Shown here in pieces: positions 57,314-64,000 of a stretch of DNA of 64,000 nt. Below the pieces are notes generated by a model. That model made no database searches. It worked only from the letters and a program-made list of their open reading frames with translations, and was not told the origin of the DNA. This DNA is from Alistipes sp. Lineage in GTDB: Bacteria > Bacteroidota > Bacteroidia > Bacteroidales > Rikenellaceae. The stretch lies in assembly GCA_017631055.1 (NCBI GenBank), contig JAGBTZ010000043.1, forward strand, positions 2,895 through 66,894. Direction: 5' to 3'. A program made the translations under genes and the position numbers. Numbering within the stretch: the stretch's first letter is position 1; every line of letters begins with the position of its first letter.

Positions 57314-57323
57314 CGGTGCAGAT

Positions 57324-58100
57324 ATGAGTAAGAAGTTGATATTCACAGCAGTTTTGGCTCTGGCGGCATCGTTTGTTATGGCTCAGAATATGCCCGAGCG
57401 AGGATTGGTGCGCAAGGGTAATCGCCAGTTTGGTCGCGAGCGTTATGAGGCGAGTGTCGATAGTTACACTCGTGCATTGGAGGCGGTGCCCAACTGCTTC
57501 GAGGCGGGCTACAACCTCTCGAATGCTCTCTTCCGTTCGGAGCGATACGACAAGGCCGAGCAGACTCTCAAGGGTTTTGTGACCGACTCGACCCGCACCG
57601 ACAAGGAGCGTGCCGAGGCTTACTACAACCTCGGCAACACCCAATTTATGCAGCAGAAGTTGCAGGAGGCGCTGGAGAGTTACCGCAACTCATTAAGGCT
57701 CAACCCTGAGGACATGGAGGCGAAGTACAACTACGCCTACACCAAGAAGATGCTCGAGCAGCAACAGCAGCAAGAGCAGCAAAATCAGGACAACAAGGAG
57801 CAAAACCAAGATAATCAGCAACAAAACAACCAAAACCAGAACGACCAAAACCAGCAGGATAACCAAGACCAAAACAAGGATAACCAACAACAAGACGACC
57901 AAAATCAAAACCCCGACCAGGACCAGAACGGCAAGCCCGACAAGGAGGAGCAGGGCGAGGGTCAGCAGCAGCCCCAGGGCGGAATCTCGCCCCAGGAGCG
58001 TGAGGCTATGTTGGAGGCTATCCAGGCTCAAGAGGATAAGACCCAGGAGAAGGTCAAGGAGAAGCAGGGAGTGGTTGTGTTTGGAAATAAAAATTGGTAG
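57324..58100 (+). CDS. batC: BatC: TPR protein with Q/N/D-rich tail
   Basis: TPR repeats (YNLGN..A.E.Y..SLRLNP.D..AKYN), low-complexity linker, E..TQEKV..KNW end. Confidence 0.85.
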   Translation: MSKKLIFTAVLALAASFVMAQNMPERGLVRKGNRQFGRERYEASVDSYTRALEAVPNCFEAGYNLSNALFRSERYDKAEQTLKGFVTDSTRTDKERAEAYYNLGNTQFMQQKLQEALESYRNSLRLNPEDMEAKYNYAYTKKMLEQQQQQEQQNQDNKEQNQDNQQQNNQNQNDQNQQDNQDQNKDNQQQDDQNQNPDQDQNGKPDKEEQGEGQQQPQGGISPQEREAMLEAIQAQEDKTQEKVKEKQGVVVFGNKNW

Positions 58101-58103
58101 AAG

Positions 58104-59090
58104 ATGGAGTTCGCTTTCCCACATATATTATGGTTGCTCACCGCACTGGTGCCGATGACGGCTTACTACATCTGGCGCACGATGCAGGGCGGCGCAACAA
58201 TCCGCATATCGAGCGTCTCGGGAGTGCACAACGCTCCCAAGACAGTACGCTACTACTTGCGCCATATGCCCTTTGTATTGCGTTGCACTGCAGTGGCTCT
58301 GCTTATCGTTGCCGTAGCGCGACCGCAGTCTGCCGAGCATAACACCAAGACCAATGCCGAGGGTATAGACATCGTCTTGGCGATAGATGTCTCGACCTCG
58401 ATGTTGGCTCAAGATTTCAAGCCCGACCGCATCACCGCAGCCAAGGAGGTTGCAGCCTCGTTTGTGGCAGACCGCCCCACCGACCGCATAGGATTGGTTG
58501 TCTTTGCGGGCGAGTCGCTCACGCAGAGCCCCCTGACCACCGACCAGAGCACCCTGCAGACAATGCTGGCTCGCATCCGAAGCGGAGTTATCGAGGATGG
58601 TACGGCGATAGGCAACGGCTTGGCAACATCGATAAACCGACTGCGCGAGAGCGATGCCAAGAGTAAGGTCATAATCCTGCTCACGGATGGAGTGAACAAC
58701 CGCGGACAGATCTCGCCCCTCACCGCTGCCCAGATTGCCAAGGAGTATGGCATCCGTGTCTACACCATAGGTGTCGGCACTCGCGGACAGGCCCCCTATC
58801 CCGCAACGGATATGTTTGGTAACCAGACGGTTGTAATGGCCGATGTTGAGATTGACGAGGAGGTGCTCACCTCGATTGCCGAGCAGACCGGAGGTCAATA
58901 CTTCCGTGCCGTAGACAAGCAGAAACTCGCTGCTATCTACGACCAAATCAACTCCCTCGAGAAGAGTAAGGTCGAAGTGTCGCACCACACGACTCTGCAC
59001 GAGGAGTTCCTGCCCTTCGCACTGGCAGCCATAGCAGCCCTGGTGTTGGAATTTTTGATGAGATACTTAGTACTTAAACGAATACCGTAA
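58104..59090 (+). CDS. batA: BatA vWA domain protein
   Basis: FAFP..LWLL, ARPQ, MIDAS DVSTS, PLTTD, GTAIG.GL, LLTDG.NN.G. Confidence 0.9.
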   Translation: MEFAFPHILWLLTALVPMTAYYIWRTMQGGATIRISSVSGVHNAPKTVRYYLRHMPFVLRCTAVALLIVAVARPQSAEHNTKTNAEGIDIVLAIDVSTSMLAQDFKPDRITAAKEVAASFVADRPTDRIGLVVFAGESLTQSPLTTDQSTLQTMLARIRSGVIEDGTAIGNGLATSINRLRESDAKSKVIILLTDGVNNRGQISPLTAAQIAKEYGIRVYTIGVGTRGQAPYPATDMFGNQTVVMADVEIDEEVLTSIAEQTGGQYFRAVDKQKLAAIYDQINSLEKSKVEVSHHTTLHEEFLPFALAAIAALVLEFLMRYLVLKRIP

Positions 59091-59095
59091 GCGAT

Positions 59096-60112
59096 ATGTT
59101 CCGATTTGCAAACCCCGAATTATTATACTTGCTGGCATTAGTGCCGGTGGCAATTCTCGGCTACATATTGGCAGTTGTGAGCCGCCGCAGGGCATTGGCT
59201 CGATTTGGAAACGCTGTCACCGTGCGCGAACTGACTTCGGGCGTGTCGTATGCCCGCAACCATCTGAAATTTTCAATCTTTGTTGTGGCGCTTACGCTGG
59301 TCGTCTTTGCTGCGGCACGACCCCAATTCGGCTCCAAGTTGCGCGAGGAGAAGAGCGAGGGTGTCGAGATAATGATTGCAGTCGATGTGTCGAACTCGAT
59401 GCTGGCCGAGGATTTTGAGCCGAGCCGCCTCGAACGTACCAAATATGCCATAGACAAGCTCTTCGAGGGGCTCAACCAGGAGCGTGTGGGTGTGATTGTC
59501 TTTGCCGGCGAGGCGAAAGTTCAGCTGCCGATAACCTCCGACTACCGTATGGCACAGGCATTTGCCAAGCGCATATCGCCCAACCTCGTATCGGAGCAGG
59601 GAACATCCATAGGCAAGGCCCTCTCGATGGCAATGCTCTCATTCGCACAGGATGGCGACCGCAGCCGTGCTGTGATTCTTATTACCGATGGAGAGACCCA
59701 CGACTCCAACGCCCTCGATGTGGCAAAACAGGCTGCCGAGCAGGGTGTGAAAATCTTTACTATCGGTATCGGAACTCCCGAGGGCGCACCAATCCGCATA
59801 GATGGCGACTTTATCCGCGACCCGAAGGGCGAAATGGTCGTGTCGAAACTCAACGAATCGATGCTCGAGCAGATCGCTTCAATAACTGACGGAGCCTATG
59901 TCCGCGCCTCGAAACAATCTATCGGCCTTGCGGAGATAGTACAGAAAATCAACGAGTTGGAGAAAGGCGAGATGACCACCCTTCGCTTCGAAGAGTATAA
60001 CGAACAATTCCACTACCTGCTATGGATTGCCCTGGCACTGCTGCTGGTGGAGTTCCTGCTCCTCGATAGGAAAAATCCACTCCTCTCGCGATTTAATATC
60101 TTCGAGAAATAA
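59096..60112 (+). CDS. batB: BatB vWA domain protein
   Basis: ARPQFG, DVSNSMLAED..PSRL, LPITSD, ITDGE.H, IGTPEGAPI. Confidence 0.9.
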   Translation: MFRFANPELLYLLALVPVAILGYILAVVSRRRALARFGNAVTVRELTSGVSYARNHLKFSIFVVALTLVVFAAARPQFGSKLREEKSEGVEIMIAVDVSNSMLAEDFEPSRLERTKYAIDKLFEGLNQERVGVIVFAGEAKVQLPITSDYRMAQAFAKRISPNLVSEQGTSIGKALSMAMLSFAQDGDRSRAVILITDGETHDSNALDVAKQAAEQGVKIFTIGIGTPEGAPIRIDGDFIRDPKGEMVVSKLNESMLEQIASITDGAYVRASKQSIGLAEIVQKINELEKGEMTTLRFEEYNEQFHYLLWIALALLLVEFLLLDRKNPLLSRFNIFEK

Positions 60113-60145
60113 CCCCCTCCCTCCCACTTTTGCTCCTTTTTATTT

Positions 60146-60272
60146 GCCCGCTTTTTGAAAAAAGCAGGGCGTGCAAAAACTTTCGTCTTCGCACCTTTTA
60201 GAAAAAGTGCCTTTGCCAGTTTGCCATTCGGGCAACTGCCGCTTTTCGAAAAAAGCGGCACCAAAACCTTTT
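60146..60272. repeat. Cluster of related short hairpins (GCTTTT-N-GAAAAAAGC core)
   Basis: Hairpins at 60146-60170, 60191-60210, 60217-60238 and 60238-60259. Confidence 0.6.
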
Positions 60273-60327
60273 AATCGAAACTACGTTTCGAGGAACTTGA
60301 CGATGTGAGAGTTTAAGTTTTAGGTTG

Positions 60328-60443
60328 CGGGGCTTTGGTTGTCTACGACAATAATCAAAACGGGAGAAGTAGCCTTTTGTGAGTAAACTCCCAAGGTCAC
60401 TTATCCCATTTTGCAGTATCCTTGCGGATACCACAAAGTCCCG
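60328..60443. repeat. ~116-bp imperfect palindrome, ERIC/MITE-like element
   Basis: cggggctttg / caaagtcccg ends; caaaacgggagaagtagcctt / aaggtcacttatcccattttg; gagt-aa-actc centre. Confidence 0.6.
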
Positions 60444-60476
60444 AAAACAAAAAAAATGTTCTCAACTAACTCATAA

Positions 60477-60613
60477 TCCCCAGTGTCCCCACTCTCCACA
60501 TAAGCAGTCGCAGACTGCGCTCCCCAGTGTCCCCATCTAACCCAGAGAACTGGGGTAACTGGGGAGAACTGGGGAAAAGCCAATGGCTAATGGCTAACGG
60601 CTAATGGCCAAAG
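60477..60613. repeat. C-rich/G-rich 9-mer fold-back array with a 35-bp unit, followed by GC[CT]AA[TC]G heptamers
   Basis: 35-mer at 60487-60521 matches 6840-6909; gccaatg gctaatg gctaacg gctaatg gccaaag is the reverse-complement family of 24304-24326. Confidence 0.78.
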
Positions 60614-60739
60614 ATTTGGCGGTAAATTTTGTGGCAAATAGTCAAAACAGACTCTTTTTTAGGGGTGAAGGTGATATTTTTTTGGATTTACAGAAAAATA
60701 TCGCTATTTTTGTGCCAATTGGAAAATAATGAACTTAAA

Positions 60740-61624
60740 ATGCCGAAGTTGTATGACGAGGTAAACTTGCAGAGAAAACCCCATTGGCTGAAGATCAAGC
60801 TTCACGACACCGCCACCTATGCGGAGGTTGACCGAATTGTAAAACGCCACTCGCTACACACCATTTGCAGTAGCGGAATGTGCCCAAACAAGTCGGAGTG
60901 CTGGAGCAAGAGAACAGCTACATTTATGATTTTGGGGGATATCTGTACTCGCAGTTGCCGCTTTTGTGCGACAAAGTCGGGCAGGCCATTGGCTCCCGAT
61001 GCGGACGAGCCGCAACATATAGCCGAGAGTGTTGCTTTGATGCAACTTCGACACGTTGTCGTAACTTCTGTTACTCGCGACGATTTGCCCGATGGGGGTG
61101 CTGCGCATTGGGCGCAGACCGTCGAGGCTATCCGAGCGAAGAATCCTAACGCAACAATTGAGCTCCTTATTCCCGATTTGGATGCCCGCCCCGAACTTTT
61201 GGATGTGGTGTTGGCATCGAAGCCCGACATTGTTGGGCACAACATCGAAACCGTCCAGCGACTTACGCCGCTTGTGCGCTTGAGAGCAAAGTATGCTACG
61301 AGTTTGGCTGCGCTAAGACACCTTGCCCAGCAGGGTGCTGTGACCAAGAGCGGTATTATGGTCGGTTTGGGCGAGAGCGATGATGAGGTGTTGCAGACTC
61401 TGCGCGACTTGCGTGATGCGGGCGTGAAGATTGTGACCCTCGGTCAGTACCTTCGACCGACTTTGGAGCACTATCCCGTTGCGGAATACATCACTCCCGA
61501 GAAATTCGATTGGTACAAGCAACAGGCTCTTGAGATGGGCTTCTCCTACTGTGCGAGTGCACCTCTGGTGCGTTCTTCGTACTTGGCAGAGGAGGCTTTG
61601 GAGAGCGTTAATGGCGTAAAATAG
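60740..61624 (+). CDS. lipA: Lipoyl synthase
   Basis: KPHWLKI, C-x4-C-x5-C (CSSGMCPNKSEC), radical SAM CTRSCRFC, GQYLRP, RSSY; start MPKLY at 60740. Confidence 0.95.
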   Translation: MPKLYDEVNLQRKPHWLKIKLHDTATYAEVDRIVKRHSLHTICSSGMCPNKSECWSKRTATFMILGDICTRSCRFCATKSGRPLAPDADEPQHIAESVALMQLRHVVVTSVTRDDLPDGGAAHWAQTVEAIRAKNPNATIELLIPDLDARPELLDVVLASKPDIVGHNIETVQRLTPLVRLRAKYATSLAALRHLAQQGAVTKSGIMVGLGESDDEVLQTLRDLRDAGVKIVTLGQYLRPTLEHYPVAEYITPEKFDWYKQQALEMGFSYCASAPLVRSSYLAEEALESVNGVK

Positions 61625-61705
61625 CCATCGGGGAATTTGCCGCTTTGAGCCACATGTTGGGCGAAGAGTGTCGGTAACCAAACCGATGGGCAAAAGGAAT
61701 AAAAC

Positions 61706-62407
61706 GTGTTTGCTTGGTACAAAGACCTTGGTCGTATGGACTACTTGCAGTGCTGGGATTTACAGCGCTCGCTCTTTGACGCTCTTATCGAGCGCAAGTC
61801 CAAGGTACGCTCAGGTGCTGCCGAGAATGATGAGAGCATTGGCACGGTGCTGATAGTCGAACACCCTGCGGTCTACACCCTCGGCAAGAATGGCAAGGAG
61901 AGCAACCTGCTGCTGGGCGAGGAGTACCTGCGCAGTATTGGCGCCGACTTTTACCGCATCGACCGCGGAGGAGATGTAACCTTTCATGGCGAGGGTCAGA
62001 TTGTGGGCTACCCCATTCTCGACATCGAGCGTTTGGGCATAGGCTTGCGCGACTATATCGATGCCATCGAGCAGAGCGTCATCGACACTGTGGCCCACTA
62101 CGGCATCGAGGCCGGTCGTCTGGCCGGGGCCTCGGGCGTATGGCTTGGGAGTGCCGAGGAGCGAAATTTGCGTAAAATTTGCGCAATAGGAGTGCGCGCT
62201 TCACGTTTTGTTACCATGCACGGATTTGCGCTCAACGTGGCGACAGATCTGCGCTACTTCAACCATATAAACCCCTGCGGATTTACCGACAAGGGGGTGA
62301 CCTCGATGGAGCTCGAGTTGGGCTCGGCTCCCGATATTGAAGAGGTCAAAGGGTTGGTTATTAACAATTTAAGCAAAAATTTGAATGTTAAAATATATAA
62401 AAATTAA
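61706..62407 (+). CDS. lipB: Lipoyl(octanoyl) transferase
   Basis: EHPAVYTLG, RGGDVTFHG.GQ.VGYPI, KICAIG, HGFALN, INPCG; GTG start. Confidence 0.94.
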   Translation: MFAWYKDLGRMDYLQCWDLQRSLFDALIERKSKVRSGAAENDESIGTVLIVEHPAVYTLGKNGKESNLLLGEEYLRSIGADFYRIDRGGDVTFHGEGQIVGYPILDIERLGIGLRDYIDAIEQSVIDTVAHYGIEAGRLAGASGVWLGSAEERNLRKICAIGVRASRFVTMHGFALNVATDLRYFNHINPCGFTDKGVTSMELELGSAPDIEEVKGLVINNLSKNLNVKIYKN

Positions 62408-62412
62408 AGATT

Positions 62413-64000
62413 ATGCCCATAAACAAAAGATGGGTGGTCAAACCGCAGGGCGAGACCCGGGCAGTGGAGAGCCTCTCTGCTGCATTGGGTATTGCACCCG
62501 TGTTGGCTAACCTACTGGTACAAAGAGGCATAGACACCGTAGAAAAGGCAGACAGATTCTTCCATCCGAGTCTTACGCATCTGCACGACCCGTTCCTGAT
62601 GAAGGATATGGACAAGGCAGTAGCCCGCGTTGAGCAGGCTGTGCGCAATGGCGAGAAGATTATGGTCTATGGCGACTATGATGTAGATGGCACGACCGCT
62701 GTGGCGTTGGTATACAAATTCCTGCGCCAGATAGGTCACACCAATCTGCTCTTCTACATCCCCGACCGTTATACCGAAGGTTATGGTATCTCGGTGAAGG
62801 GTATCGACTTTGCAGCCCGCAAGGGTGTGAGCCTTGTGATTACTGTGGATTGCGGTATCAAGGCCACCGAGAAGGTTGTCTATGCGAAGCAGAAAGGCGT
62901 AGATTTCATCATCTGCGACCATCACCTCCCCGCCGACGAGATTCCTCGTGCGGTGGCTGTCCTCGACCCCAAGCGTCCCGATTGTCACTATCCGTTTGAC
63001 GAGCTGTCGGGATGCGGCGTTGGTTTCAAACTTGTGCAGGCGTATGCCCAGAAGAACGGCATCCCCTTCGAGCAAATTACACATCTGCTCGACCTGTTGG
63101 TGGTAAGTATCGCCAGCGACATCGTGCCGTTGAGCGACGAGAACCGAGTTTTGGCACACTACGGATTGCAGAAACTCAACTCTTCGCCCTCGGAGGGCTT
63201 GTCCTCCATTATCAAGATTTGCGGACTGGATAGCCACACCATCTCGATTGACGACATCGTCTTCAAGATTGGCCCCCGCATCAACGCTGCGGGCCGTATG
63301 CGTATGGACCAGAACGATGAGAACGCAGCCCCCTCGGGCGGACACGCTGCTGTGAGCCTGCTGATTGAGGGTGATGCCAAGATGGCAATCGAGCTGGGTA
63401 ACGACGTCGACTCGTTCAACCAAGACCGCAAGAATATCGACCGCAAGGTTACGCTCGAGGCTCACAACTACATCGAGAGCAACCCCGAACTTAAGGCGAG
63501 AAAGAGTACGGTCATCTACAATCCCAAGTGGATGAAGGGTATCGTGGGCATCGTGGCATCGCGCCTTATCGAGACCTACTATCGCCCGACAGTGGTGCTG
63601 ACGATGAGCAACGGACTGGTTACCGGCTCGGCGCGCTCGATTCAGGGCTTTGACCTCTATCAGGCTGTGGAGTCGTGCTCGGATTTGCTCGAGAACTTCG
63701 GCGGACACATGTACGCAGCGGGCCTCACGATGAAACCCGAGAATGTCGAGGAGTTCACTCGCCGCTTCAACGACTATGTCGAGAAGAATATCGACCCGCA
63801 GACTCTGGTTCCGCAGGTGGATATCGACTCGCCTCTCCTCTTCTCGGATATCACACCCGAGTTCAACCGCCAACTCAACCGTTTCCAGCCCTTCGGCCCG
63901 GGTAACTCGGCACCGGTATTTGCTACCTATGCCGTGAGCAACCAGGGAGATGCCAAGTTGGTGGGAGCCGATATGGAGCATTTGCGTATGGACCTCGTGC
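62413..64000 (+). CDS. recJ: Single-stranded-DNA-specific exonuclease RecJ (3' end outside window; absent from the ORF track)
   Basis: ATG at 62413 (MPINKRW); LHDPFLMKDM, YGDYDVDG, PDRY.EGYG, VDCG, DHH, PRINAAGR, GSARS, GGH.YAAG, PFGPGN. Confidence 0.95.
   Translation, partial: MPINKRWVVKPQGETRAVESLSAALGIAPVLANLLVQRGIDTVEKADRFFHPSLTHLHDPFLMKDMDKAVARVEQAVRNGEKIMVYGDYDVDGTTAVALVYKFLRQIGHTNLLFYIPDRYTEGYGISVKGIDFAARKGVSLVITVDCGIKATEKVVYAKQKGVDFIICDHHLPADEIPRAVAVLDPKRPDCHYPFDELSGCGVGFKLVQAYAQKNGIPFEQITHLLDLLVVSIASDIVPLSDENRVLAHYGLQKLNSSPSEGLSSIIKICGLDSHTISIDDIVFKIGPRINAAGRMRMDQNDENAAPSGGHAAVSLLIEGDAKMAIELGNDVDSFNQDRKNIDRKVTLEAHNYIESNPELKARKSTVIYNPKWMKGIVGIVASRLIETYYRPTVVLTMSNGLVTGSARSIQGFDLYQAVESCSDLLENFGGHMYAAGLTMKPENVEEFTRRFNDYVEKNIDPQTLVPQVDIDSPLLFSDITPEFNRQLNRFQPFGPGNSAPVFATYAVSNQGDAKLVGADMEHLRMDLV

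Noticed and set aside
57693-58124. Leu/Val-rich antisense ORF resembling a membrane protein
   Set aside because: It is the reverse complement of the BatC Q/N/D linker.
61668-61853. Possible frameshifted lipB start
   Set aside because: The GTG start at 61706 gives a complete LipB, so no frameshift is needed.
62512-63981. 489-aa minus-strand ORF at the window end
   Set aside because: Antisense shadow of recJ, which the track missed because its stop codon lies outside the window.

Overview
Mostly core chromosome of a Bacteroidales bacterium, probably Rikenellaceae/Alistipes-like. This rests on gene content, TAnnTTTG -7 promoter elements, A-rich starts without Shine-Dalgarno motifs and many lipoproteins. 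About 48 protein genes cover translation (ileS), DNA replication/repair/competence (dnaB, priA, comF, comM, comEC, recR, nth, uvrD, recJ), methionine, folate and lipoate synthesis, class I fumarase and a split, re-ordered bat/MoxR locus. There are two tRNAs (Val-TAC, Leu-CAG). I found no CRISPR array, integrase, transposase or prophage. The accessory content is: (i) two tandem paralogous ~840-aa lipoproteins that appear to join a type V pilin/fimbrillin-like N-terminus to an intact EEP nuclease/phosphodiesterase domain; (ii) a related modular lipoprotein and an AT-rich Cys/His-rich orphan; (iii) three intergenic mosaic spots (6.7-7.0 kb, 24.3-24.4 kb, 60.1-60.6 kb) built from shared 9-mer and 7-mer fold-back arrays and REP-like hairpins, plus ~120-bp ERIC-like palindromes at 37.3 and 60.3 kb; (iv) an unannotated 42-codon ORF behind an ECF sigma factor. 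IleRS carries the non-canonical GIHH signature. All domain calls are by-eye motif recognition, not database searches.
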